Below, piece by piece: positions 9,295 through 18,326 of a DNA stretch of 64,000 nt. The stretch lies in assembly GCA_963816185.1 (NCBI GenBank), contig CAWFJJ010000030.1, positions 224,001-288,000 of the forward strand, in the 5' to 3' direction. The notes below the pieces were generated by a model that was given only the letters and a program-made list of their open reading frames with translations, did no database searches and was not told the DNA's origin. Positions within the stretch are counted from its first letter, which is position 1, and each line of letters opens with the position of its first letter. A program made the translations under genes and the position numbers. The DNA comes from Thermoanaerobaculia bacterium (lineage in GTDB: Bacteria; Acidobacteriota; Thermoanaerobaculia; UBA5066).

Positions 9295-11235
9295 ATGAGA
9301 ATGAAGACGTCGAAAATATTGATCGGCGCGTTGTCGTGTTCGCTGACGACTTTGACGCTGGCCGGAGCAGGTCCGATAGACGGCATTTGGGAGGTTGATC
9401 TCGCTGGCAACACCAACATGATCGCTCTCGTGGAGCGGACGGATGGGCGACTTTTGGGATACACGCCATCTTCCCCGGCCTCCTGGATTGTTGGCGGCCA
9501 GCGCATCGGAAGTTCCGTGACGATCAGCCTCGATGGCCGCGACCCCCTTCATTTTTCCGACCCAGGCACGATTACCGGGATCCGCAGCGGATCGCATATT
9601 ACCGGGACGCTCACCGACAGCACCGGGACGGCGACGGTAACGCTCCACGACGTTCATGCCCCGCGCACCGTCGCGCACTGGCTCATGGGCCCTTCGACCA
9701 ACGGTGACGTTCTCAACCGCGCGATTCGCGTGCAGAACAACGGGGGTCATTTCGTGACCGGGGGTTTCGTCGGCCTGACCGATTGCAGCTTTCTGGCTTG
9801 CAGAGGTCGCATCATGTCGTGGACCGTCGCGGGAACGACCCACGCGATCCTCACCGACTCGAGCGGCGGTTGCCCCTCGACCTCGGCGCTCGCCGGGACC
9901 TGGGATACTGCAACGTTGCTCCTGGACGGGACCTACACGACGACAGCGGGTTGTCTTCCTGCTCCCGTGGGCGGCAATTTCTTCGGCGGCAAGGAAGGGC
10001 TGACGAACACGGGCGATGTCCTGGACGTGCTCGGTCTGCTGCGCGATTTTGCCGACCGCGTTGAAGCCGAGTCGCCTGCGGCGGTGGACGCATTCGCGGC
10101 CACATATCTTCACGATGGCAAGACGAAGGCAGACTGGCAGGCGCAGCTCGCGGCGACATATGCTGCCTATGACGATCTCCGCGTCACGATTGACGCCGTG
10201 CGGCAGATCGTGACGTTCGCCGACGCCGAGGTAAACCCGCAGGCTATCCCCTCGCCTCGTCTCGAGTGGCATCTCCTTGTCACCGGGGTGCCCGCCGGTG
10301 GCGGGCCGACTACGACCGTGCTCGACGTGACGAGCACGTTCGATGGCGAGCAGCAGCTCTACTGGATTGGAAGCGAGGGCGGTCGGATCGTCTTCAAAGG
10401 CAACGGTTACGAGGCGCCATTCTCGATCACGCTGCCGATTCAGGCCGGGGATCCCGCGCGCACCGCATACGGGATTTGGCCGTATGGTGTTCATGGCGGG
10501 GGACATCCCGAAGGTCATTCGGGTTGGGATTTCGAGTATGTTCCCGGAGCAAAGGTGCGCGCGGCCGCAGACGGCCTCGTGAAAGAAATCAAGACAGACA
10601 CGGAGTTCCCCGGTCAGTTTGACGTTCGCATACAACACCGCCCGGGTTACCTGACCGAATACGATACCGTCGGTGAGATCGAAGCGGGCGTCGCCGCCGG
10701 TGTGAGCGTGATCGCCGGCCAGGCGCTTGGCGCTGCGGGCGACGTCGGCCCCTTCAACTCGACGCACTTCGGGGTGGACCGCAACACCGGCAGCGTTTGC
10801 CCGCTGGACTACCTGAATGTTTCCGGTCTCGCCCTGTTCAATGTCGTCTGGCAAACCGCGGCTTACGAGGAAGAGCTGGTCGAGCCGTTCCCGTGCAATC
10901 CGATCGCGGTCACGTTCCCGCTCACGCGGGTGTGGACGAGGATCAGCGGTTCCCTTCCAGCGTTCATTGAGTTTACGCGGCAGGGTACTGCGACCGGCTA
11001 CCGCTATACCCTGCGCACAACTGCGGGAGATCTCCTGCAGAGCGGCGCGATTGTCGAGCTGCGACCGGGCGCGGCGCTCGACTCCGGCACATTCGACCTC
11101 CTGCCTGATGGCGCTTCGACGCCTACACGTTTCGCGCGCTATCAGATCGTCAGCAACGAGATGCAAGTCGCATGGGCCGCGACTCGACCCGGGGATCTCT
11201 CTGGCACTTCCGTCTATTCGACGACTGCGCCCTGA
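9295..11235 (+). CDS. Secreted multidomain protein with C-terminal M23 peptidase-like domain
   Basis: Purine-rich RBS-like region before ATG 9295/9301; signal peptide; HSGWDF..VRAAADGLV..IQH..STHFGV. Codon usage is less GC-biased than the flanking genes. Confidence 0.7.
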   Translation: MRMKTSKILIGALSCSLTTLTLAGAGPIDGIWEVDLAGNTNMIALVERTDGRLLGYTPSSPASWIVGGQRIGSSVTISLDGRDPLHFSDPGTITGIRSGSHITGTLTDSTGTATVTLHDVHAPRTVAHWLMGPSTNGDVLNRAIRVQNNGGHFVTGGFVGLTDCSFLACRGRIMSWTVAGTTHAILTDSSGGCPSTSALAGTWDTATLLLDGTYTTTAGCLPAPVGGNFFGGKEGLTNTGDVLDVLGLLRDFADRVEAESPAAVDAFAATYLHDGKTKADWQAQLAATYAAYDDLRVTIDAVRQIVTFADAEVNPQAIPSPRLEWHLLVTGVPAGGGPTTTVLDVTSTFDGEQQLYWIGSEGGRIVFKGNGYEAPFSITLPIQAGDPARTAYGIWPYGVHGGGHPEGHSGWDFEYVPGAKVRAAADGLVKEIKTDTEFPGQFDVRIQHRPGYLTEYDTVGEIEAGVAAGVSVIAGQALGAAGDVGPFNSTHFGVDRNTGSVCPLDYLNVSGLALFNVVWQTAAYEEELVEPFPCNPIAVTFPLTRVWTRISGSLPAFIEFTRQGTATGYRYTLRTTAGDLLQSGAIVELRPGAALDSGTFDLLPDGASTPTRFARYQIVSNEMQVAWAATRPGDLSGTSVYSTTAP

Positions 11236-11354
11236 GGAAGGTGCGCCTTCAACGTTCGCGAAAAGCGTTTGTGGGCATTGCGGGACTCACGAGCGTAACC
11301 TGCGACCTCGCAAGCTGGACCGGTCGCTCCACATTGACTAGGCTCCCCAGAGCC

Positions 11355-12332
11355 ATGAAGCTCGTCATTCAGATTCCCGCCTGGGACGAGGCGGACCAGA
11401 TCTCAGCCGCCCTCGCGGAGCTGCCCCGCAGCTTGGCGGGCTTCGACGACGTCGAGACGCTCGTCGTGGACGACGGCTCGACCGACGGGACCGCCGAGGT
11501 CGCGCGGCGCGCGGGCGTGGACCACGTCGTGCGGCTGCCCGTTCACCGGGGGCTTGCGTTCGCCTGGCGAGCGGGCCTCGACGCCGCGCTGCGCCTCGGA
11601 GCCGACGTGATCGTCTCGACGGACGCGGACCGCCAGTACGCGGCGGCCGACATCGAGACCCTCGTGGCGCCCCTCCTCAAAGGCGAGGCCGAGATCGTCG
11701 TGGGCGACCGCGGGGTCGCGACGAAGCCGGATTTCTCGCCGGGCAAGCGCCTCACGCAGCGCTTCGGCTCGTGGGTCGTGAGGCGCGCTTCGGGGACCGA
11801 GGTCCCGGACGCGACGTCGGGCTTCCGCGCCCTCACGCGCGAAGCCGCGCTCCGGCTCAACGTCTTCTCGAGGATGACGTACACGCTCGAAACGCTCATC
11901 CAGGCCGGCAACAAGCAAATCGCCGTCGTCTCGGTCCCGGTGCGCACGAATCCGCCCGTGCGGGAATCGCGCCTGATCCAGCGTTCGGCACACTATGTGC
12001 TCGTGCAGGGCGCGAACATCCTGCGCATCACGGCGCTTTACAAGCCGCTGCCAGTCTTCTTCGGATGCGCGTCGCTCCTCGCCGCCGCCGGCCTCGCTCT
12101 CGTCGGGCGCTACGTCTTCCTGGTCGTGACGGACCACAACCCGGCCGGCCACCTGCAGTCGCTGCTCCTCGCGGCCGTGCTCTTCGTCGCGGCCGTCGTC
12201 TGCGTTCTCTCCGGCCTCCTCGCGGACCTCATCTCCATCAACCGGACGCTCCTCGAGGAGCTCGTGCTCGGGAAGCGGCGCCGGGAGACGGGGACGAGGG
12301 AAGAAAAGACTTCTGCTGAAGAACGCCGATGA
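11355..12332 (+). CDS. Glycosyltransferase family 2 (DPM1/GtrB-like, two C-terminal TM helices)
   Basis: IQIPAWDE, VVDDGSTDGT, DAD and DATSGFRA motifs; ATG at 11355. Confidence 0.9.
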   Translation: MKLVIQIPAWDEADQISAALAELPRSLAGFDDVETLVVDDGSTDGTAEVARRAGVDHVVRLPVHRGLAFAWRAGLDAALRLGADVIVSTDADRQYAAADIETLVAPLLKGEAEIVVGDRGVATKPDFSPGKRLTQRFGSWVVRRASGTEVPDATSGFRALTREAALRLNVFSRMTYTLETLIQAGNKQIAVVSVPVRTNPPVRESRLIQRSAHYVLVQGANILRITALYKPLPVFFGCASLLAAAGLALVGRYVFLVVTDHNPAGHLQSLLLAAVLFVAAVVCVLSGLLADLISINRTLLEELVLGKRRRETGTREEKTSAEERR

Positions 12333-12377
12333 ACGGACGTCGCGCGTCGAGAAAGCTCTGGTGCGGAGCTGTTTCGT

Positions 12378-12588
12378 CCGAAGTTTCTTAGAGGGTGAGT
12401 GAACCGATGAGCGCCGCGGAACCGCCGCCACAGGACCCGAACGGCCGGCTCACACAATTCGACTCTCTCGACCATTCGAAGGAATCCCCGGGCGGCGGGC
12501 GCATGCCCGCCGCTGCGCCGGCGCAGCAGGAATCGGACGCGGCTTTCCCGCGCCGTATCCCTCTTACCCTTTCTAAGAAACTCTTCGG
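12378..12588. repeat. MITE-like or palindromic element with imperfect terminal inverted repeats
   Basis: AGTTTCTTAGA (12382-12392) and TCTAAGAAACT (12572-12582) form a perfect 11-bp inverted repeat, extendable by CCGAAG/CTTCGG and GGGT/ACCC. Internal GC hairpins include GCGGCGGGC-GCAT-GCCCGCCGC. Confidence 0.45.
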
Positions 12589-13504
12589 TCTTCTCTTCAC
12601 GGTCGCGCTCCTCGCGCTATTCGTCCTCGCGATCCGTCGCGCTCCGCCGGGAGCCCTCGAGCGTCTCCGGCACGCCCGTCTCGCTCCGCTCCTCGCCGGC
12701 TTCGGGGTGTTCTTCGCCTCTCACGTCCTTCGCGCCGCTCGTCTGAACCGCCTGCTTCCGAAGGACGGGCGGATCCCGGCGGCCCGGGCGTTCGGCCTCT
12801 CCGGCGCCGCGCACTTCTTCGTGCAGGTTCTTCCTTTCCGGGGCGGCGACGTGGCTTCTCTCGCCCTCGTGCACCGGGAGCTCGGCGTCTCATGGCCACG
12901 CTCGGGCGGCGTCTTCATCTTGGTCAAGCTGATCGACACGACCTCCGCTGTGCTCGTGGGCCTCGCGGGGGGAACGGTCGTCCTGCTGAGTCATCGCGTG
13001 GCGGGCGGCCGGTGGGCAGCCGGGCTCTTCTGCGCCCTTCTCGCCGCACTCACGTTTCTCCCGGAAGCGGGGGGGGTCTTTCTCGAGGCGTTTTCGGCGC
13101 GGGCACGACACGGGTCGCGGCTGCGGCGCGTTCTCGATGATCTCGGAGGCGCCCTTGCGGCCGCGCGGCGCGACCGTCTTGCCTACGCGGCGGCTTGCCT
13201 GCTGTCCGTCGGGTTTCTCGCCGCGCACATCGTCGGACTCAAGCTCACGATGACGGGCCTCGGGATCGACGTGGGCTTCGCCGCGCTCGCCTTCGCGACT
13301 CTCGCCGCCATGGTCGCCGCGGCGCTCGTCCCGTCGCCCGCCGGGTCGTTCGGGACGGCCGAGTCCGGCTGGATTGCGGCGCTCGCGCTCGACGGGATCT
13401 CCTTGGGGGCCGGCGCCGTGAGCGGCGTCGCGGTCCACCTCCTCGCGACTCTGGCCGCCGGAGCGGCAGGCCTGTTCGTTCTCTCGCCGCCTGCGAGGCG
13501 TTAG
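12395..13504 (+). CDS. Lysylphosphatidylglycerol synthase TM / flippase-like membrane protein
   Basis: Multi-TM protein with LRAARL, LPFRGGD and PSPAGSFGTAE motifs. The first ~60 aa are low-complexity and the start is uncertain. Confidence 0.78.
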   Translation: MSEPMSAAEPPPQDPNGRLTQFDSLDHSKESPGGGRMPAAAPAQQESDAAFPRRIPLTLSKKLFGLLFTVALLALFVLAIRRAPPGALERLRHARLAPLLAGFGVFFASHVLRAARLNRLLPKDGRIPAARAFGLSGAAHFFVQVLPFRGGDVASLALVHRELGVSWPRSGGVFILVKLIDTTSAVLVGLAGGTVVLLSHRVAGGRWAAGLFCALLAALTFLPEAGGVFLEAFSARARHGSRLRRVLDDLGGALAAARRDRLAYAAACLLSVGFLAAHIVGLKLTMTGLGIDVGFAALAFATLAAMVAAALVPSPAGSFGTAESGWIAALALDGISLGAGAVSGVAVHLLATLAAGAAGLFVLSPPARR

Positions 13505-15294
13505 CCCTTCCAGGGCCCTCCGAGAACATCCGACGCGGGTGCGAGCACGAGCCGGCGCTTGCGGTTGAACTTCCTCCCCGAGTCGACGAAATGCTTCGTC
13601 AGCTCGCGCGTGAAGCTCGCCCGCACTTTTCCGAGAAGCTGGCGGAAGGTATAGCGCATCGGGTAGATGCGCATGCCGAGAACGTAGCCGCGCACGAGGA
13701 AATAGAGGAGGAAGTAAAGGCGCGTCCACGGCCGCTTCACGAGATGCTTCACGGCGAAGTTCCTTAGTCCCGGAAAAACGAGGAGGAATACGCCGAGGAA
13801 CGAGATGTTGAGCTGCTTCATCTTCTCTTCCTCGGTGAAGCAGCGGAACGGCGACTGCGACTGGAATGTCTCGTGGAGCTTTTCGTAGTCCCCGTCGAAC
13901 GCCCCGATCGAGATCGTGTAGTCGGTCAACGGCGTCCCGGGGTACGGGCTGAGCATGACGAACTCGCCGGACGTGACGCGACAGTTGACGTTGATGTCCA
14001 GCGACTCGATGTCGTAGTCGATGGCGTCGTGCCGAAGGCCGAGGGCCTGGAACCGGTCCGTCAGCTCCCGCCGCGCGGGAGGCGCGAGCGTTGAGGCGCC
14101 CGCGAGGGCGCTCTCGAATGCCTCGCGCTTGATCCGCGGGAAATGGGTCGCGAGGTGCGCGACGACGCCCGCCGCTTTCTCCTCGAACCGGGGGTCGTCC
14201 ACCTTCGGGATCACGGGGGCTGGAATCGCGAGAATCGTGTTCGAGAACGTCTTCACGCCCTTCTTGGCGCAGTACTCGAACGCAAACTTGATGTCCTCCT
14301 CGGTCATCGTGCGCTTGAACGTGTGCTGGCGGACGAAGTCGTTCCCGGATTCGATCGACATCGTGATCGAGTGAAGGCCCGCGGCCTTCATCAGGTCGAT
14401 CATCTCCGGGTCCTTGTGGACGAGGTCGCACCTCGTGAGGCAGTGGAACGGCACGCCGATGACCTTCGGGTACTTCTCGGAGAACTCGCGCAGCCAGTCG
14501 TCGGCGTGGAACACGAACATGTCGTCGTAGAACTTGATGAACTGGGTGTCGTAGTTCCGCTTGATGTCGAGCAGCTCCTCGAGGAGCCTGTCGACGCTGT
14601 ACCGGTTGATCGTCTTTCCCTTGCGCTTGTAGAGCTCGTTGAACTTCGCGTTGAAGCAGTACGTGCACGGATACGGACAGCCGCGCTGCGAGATGAACGT
14701 CCGCATTCCGAAGTACTTGAGCTGCGTCTTGTCGTACACGAGGGCGCGATCGTGGAACGGCAGGTCGTCGAGAAAGTTCGCACGATCCCTGAGCGCGATC
14801 GTGCCGTCGGCCCGCCGGTTTCCCTGCGTGACGATGCCCGGCACGTCGTCGGGCTGAGCGCCCGCCGCGAGGCGCGAGAGGAGCTCCGGCCACGCCTCGT
14901 CGGCCTCGCCGACGGCAAGAAAATCCATGTGCGTCTCTTCGACGGGAAGCGCCTGCGCGCCCGGGCGGGGCGGCGGTGCGACCAGGGTTTCCCCGCGGAG
15001 CCGCATGCGCGGATAGTTGAAGGTGGGATGGGGGCCGCCCATGATCGTGAGGACGTCGTCGCCGAACGTGCCCTTGATCTCCCGCGCGACGTCGAACATG
15101 ACGTTGCTCTCGCCCGTCTTCGCGCTGAACGCCACGATGTCGGGGCGGATCGCCCTCAGGTCGCGCTCAAGCTCTCCGTGCTCGAGCACGGACAGGAACG
15201 TCTCGTGCCCCCCCTGTTTCGCGAGCGCCGAGAGAAGCTCGACGTTCAGGGGGTCGATGTTCTCTTCCTTGAGCATCGTGAAGAGGATCTTCAT
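13501..15294 (-). CDS. Cobalamin-binding radical SAM protein (class B methyltransferase-like)
   Basis: B12-binding N-terminus (GGPHPT, GEAD), RGCPYPCTYC, FYDD, IESG and PYPGT. Confidence 0.9.
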   Translation of the reverse strand: MKILFTMLKEENIDPLNVELLSALAKQGGHETFLSVLEHGELERDLRAIRPDIVAFSAKTGESNVMFDVAREIKGTFGDDVLTIMGGPHPTFNYPRMRLRGETLVAPPPRPGAQALPVEETHMDFLAVGEADEAWPELLSRLAAGAQPDDVPGIVTQGNRRADGTIALRDRANFLDDLPFHDRALVYDKTQLKYFGMRTFISQRGCPYPCTYCFNAKFNELYKRKGKTINRYSVDRLLEELLDIKRNYDTQFIKFYDDMFVFHADDWLREFSEKYPKVIGVPFHCLTRCDLVHKDPEMIDLMKAAGLHSITMSIESGNDFVRQHTFKRTMTEEDIKFAFEYCAKKGVKTFSNTILAIPAPVIPKVDDPRFEEKAAGVVAHLATHFPRIKREAFESALAGASTLAPPARRELTDRFQALGLRHDAIDYDIESLDINVNCRVTSGEFVMLSPYPGTPLTDYTISIGAFDGDYEKLHETFQSQSPFRCFTEEEKMKQLNISFLGVFLLVFPGLRNFAVKHLVKRPWTRLYFLLYFLVRGYVLGMRIYPMRYTFRQLLGKVRASFTRELTKHFVDSGRKFNRKRRLVLAPASDVLGGPWKG

Positions 15295-15330
15295 GCCGCC
15301 CTAGGATAGTCTAAAGAGACCGTGTCTCGT

Positions 15331-18294
15331 TCAGGCCTGCGGGGCGCTCTTGCGGTCGAGCGCGCGCCGGACGCTGCGAGCGAGCGTCTCGGGGTTGAAC
15401 GGCTTCTGGATGAAGTCGCTTCCGGGCTCCAGGACGCCGCGCTCGTCGAAATAGCCCGATGCGAAGATGACCTTCATCGACGGGCGCTCGGGCGCGAGCA
15501 GGTCCGCGAGGCGCCGGCCGTTCAGGCCCGGCAGGACGACGTCCGTGAGGAGGAGGTCGATCTGTCCCGTGTATCCCCGAGCCGTGGCGAGCGCCTCCTC
15601 CGCGCTCGACGCGACGAGGATGTGATAGCCGCTCCGCTCGAGAAGGAGGGAGGCGAGGCGGCGAACCGATTCCTCGTCCTCGACGAGCAGGATCGTCTCC
15701 GTACCCCCGCGCGGCAGGGAGCGCGGGCTCACGTTCGAAGGCGAATCCGCGGCACCGTGGACGCGCGTCAGGTAGACGAGGACGCGCGTCCCTTTCCCGG
15801 GCTCGCTCTCGATGTGAATGTAGCCGCCGCTCTGCTTCACGATCCCGTAGACCGTCGAGAGCCCGAGCCCCGTGCCCTTGCCTCTCTCTTTCGTCGTGAA
15901 GAAAGGCTCGAAGGCATGTGAAAGGGTCTCGGCGTCCATCCCGTGTCCGGTGTCCGCGACTTCGAGCAGCACGTAGTCCCCTTCAGCGACCTTCGGAACC
16001 TCCGGGACGTTCGCGGCATGAAGCGACACGTTCCGCGTGGCGATTCTGAGGACTCCGCCTTCGGGCATCGCGTCGCGCGAGTTCACCGCCAGGTTGAGGA
16101 GGACCTGGTGAAGCTGGCCGGGATCCGCCAGAACGCGCCAGAGGTGCGGGTCGCGCTCGGCCTCGTACGTCACGTCCTCGCCAAGCGTGCGCCGCAAGAT
16201 GCCGTCGACCTCGGCGAGCACCTCGTTCAGATCGATGACCTTCGGCTGGAGCACCTGCTTTCGGCTGAAGGCGAGAAGCTGTTTCGTGAGGGCGGCGGCG
16301 CGATCTCCCGCCTTGCGGATCTCGTCCGCGGAGTGTTTCACCTCGGGCGAGGGGTCCGAGTCGAGGAGGAGCTCCGCGTACCCGAGGACCGCCGTCAGGA
16401 GATTGTTGAAGTCGTGGGCGACGCCGCCCGCGAGCCGTCCGACCGCCTCCATCTTCTGGGCCTGCCGGAGCTGCTCTTCCAGCGCGCGCCGGTCGGCGAG
16501 ACTGTGCACGACGTTGAGTACGGTCTGGCGTCCGCCTTCGGCGACGAGGACCGCGTCGACCTCGACGGGGGCTTCCTTGCCGTCCTTCCGCCGGAAAGCC
16601 CGGTTCGTGATCGCCAGCGCTCCCTGGTCGACGAGGCGGTGGATGTTCGCGTCGACGGAGGCGCGATTGTCGGGAGCGAAGTCGTAAAGGGTCATTCCGG
16701 ACAGCTCTTCCGCGGTGTAGCCCAGCATGCGCTGAAACGCCGGGTTCGACTCGAGGACCCGCCGCGTCGCGAGATCGAAGAAGAGAAGGCCGTCCCGCGA
16801 CGACTCGATGACGCCCCGATAGCGCTCGCGCGACAGTCGGAGCGCCTCCTCCGCCTCTTTGCGCTCCGAGATATCCACGATCGTCCCCTCGATGACTTCC
16901 GGGGGCCCCTGCAGAAGCGACGCGTGCTCCAGGCTCCAGAAAAGCGTTCCGTCCTTGCGACGCGACCGCGATTCGTACGCGATGAGAGTGCCCTTCTCTC
17001 TCAGGGCGTCGACGAACCGCCGGCGGGACTCCGGGCTCTCGTAGAGCGCCACCGCGGAACTCTCGAGGAGGTCCTGCCTCGAGTCGTAGCCAAAGAGCCG
17101 GGCGAACGCCTCGTTGCACTCGAGGATCCGGCCTTCGGGCGTCGTCCGGTAGATTCCGGCGAGGCTTTGCTCGAAGAGACGCTCGTACCGCTGCTCGGAG
17201 GCGCGGAGAGAGGCCGTCATGTCCCGGGCGACGGCAAGCGCCTGTTGCCGTGTCGCGGCGAGCGACCAGACGATGCCGAACAGGAGCCCGCTCACGAGCA
17301 GACCGCCTCCGAGGATCGCGACGGGCCGGTCGAGCAGCCGTGATTGGATGCTCTTTCCCCCGTGCCCGGTGAAGCCGGCGCCATCGGAGGCAGCAAACCC
17401 CGGGCCCGGAGTGAAGACGAGCGTGAGGCGATGTCCGCCCAGCAACAGAGGAACCGTCGTGGGCCGGGCCGGGCCCGGGCTGCCGGCGCCGGCCGACGAA
17501 TAAAGAACGGACGCCGCACCGGGTGTCTCGGCGTCGTCGAGCTCCACGACGAGGTTGGGGTCCTCTTCGCGAAGTATGTCCGCCATGAGCGGCCGGACGA
17601 GATACAGGAGAGAGACCCATCCCTTCAACGCGTGCCGCCGCTCGGCGACGGATGCCCGGGGCGCACCCTCCGCATACACGGGGTACTGAAAGACCAGCGC
17701 CGGCCCGAGGGCTGAATCGACCGGAGAGATCGGACCGCCGACGCGCATCAGCCCCAGGTCCCGGGATTCCTCCAGGGCCGCACGGTTGGCGGGCACCGCG
17801 CCCGTGTCGAGGCCAAGGGCCTGGGAACCCGGACGTTGCGGCTCGGCGTATTGAATCAGGAAGAGATCGTCGCGGTCGCCCGACGTGGTCACGTTCTTGA
17901 GCTCGGGCCCTTCGGCCCGGCGGCGCGCGAGGTAATCGGAGAGCTGCTCGCGCCGCACGGGCACGATGAACGCCATCGTGGGCACGCTCGGGTCGCGCCT
18001 CGCGAGGTCGAGCTCCTGGAAAAAAGTCCGGAACCCGGTCTCCGTCACCGACTCGCTTCCGACGAAAAGCCCTGATGCGGCGCGCAGGACGTTCTCGGTG
18101 GCTTCGCTGCGCGCGAGAAGAGCTCTCTGGACCCGCGCGGCCGCGCGCTGGATCCGGGCCTCGACACGCGCGTCCACCCCGCGGAGGCCCTCACGGTACG
18201 AAAGCCCGGTCACCCCGATTCCGAGCGCGAGCACGATCCACGCGACCGCTCCCGGAGCGCGGGATCCGGGCGGGGGCGACGAGTCCGCGGGCAC
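15331..18294 (-). CDS. Hybrid sensor histidine kinase (CHASE, two PAS, HisKA/HATPase, receiver)
   Basis: TM-CHASE-TM, two PAS domains, H-box [11 protein letters not shown] boxes, and a receiver domain (LLVED...LLTDV...KP). Confidence 0.92.
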   Translation of the reverse strand: MPADSSPPPGSRAPGAVAWIVLALGIGVTGLSYREGLRGVDARVEARIQRAAARVQRALLARSEATENVLRAASGLFVGSESVTETGFRTFFQELDLARRDPSVPTMAFIVPVRREQLSDYLARRRAEGPELKNVTTSGDRDDLFLIQYAEPQRPGSQALGLDTGAVPANRAALEESRDLGLMRVGGPISPVDSALGPALVFQYPVYAEGAPRASVAERRHALKGWVSLLYLVRPLMADILREEDPNLVVELDDAETPGAASVLYSSAGAGSPGPARPTTVPLLLGGHRLTLVFTPGPGFAASDGAGFTGHGGKSIQSRLLDRPVAILGGGLLVSGLLFGIVWSLAATRQQALAVARDMTASLRASEQRYERLFEQSLAGIYRTTPEGRILECNEAFARLFGYDSRQDLLESSAVALYESPESRRRFVDALREKGTLIAYESRSRRKDGTLFWSLEHASLLQGPPEVIEGTIVDISERKEAEEALRLSRERYRGVIESSRDGLLFFDLATRRVLESNPAFQRMLGYTAEELSGMTLYDFAPDNRASVDANIHRLVDQGALAITNRAFRRKDGKEAPVEVDAVLVAEGGRQTVLNVVHSLADRRALEEQLRQAQKMEAVGRLAGGVAHDFNNLLTAVLGYAELLLDSDPSPEVKHSADEIRKAGDRAAALTKQLLAFSRKQVLQPKVIDLNEVLAEVDGILRRTLGEDVTYEAERDPHLWRVLADPGQLHQVLLNLAVNSRDAMPEGGVLRIATRNVSLHAANVPEVPKVAEGDYVLLEVADTGHGMDAETLSHAFEPFFTTKERGKGTGLGLSTVYGIVKQSGGYIHIESEPGKGTRVLVYLTRVHGAADSPSNVSPRSLPRGGTETILLVEDEESVRRLASLLLERSGYHILVASSAEEALATARGYTGQIDLLLTDVVLPGLNGRRLADLLAPERPSMKVIFASGYFDERGVLEPGSDFIQKPFNPETLARSVRRALDRKSAPQA

Positions 18295-18326
18295 GCGTTC
18301 GAATCATAGCCCGGGATCCCTGCGAC

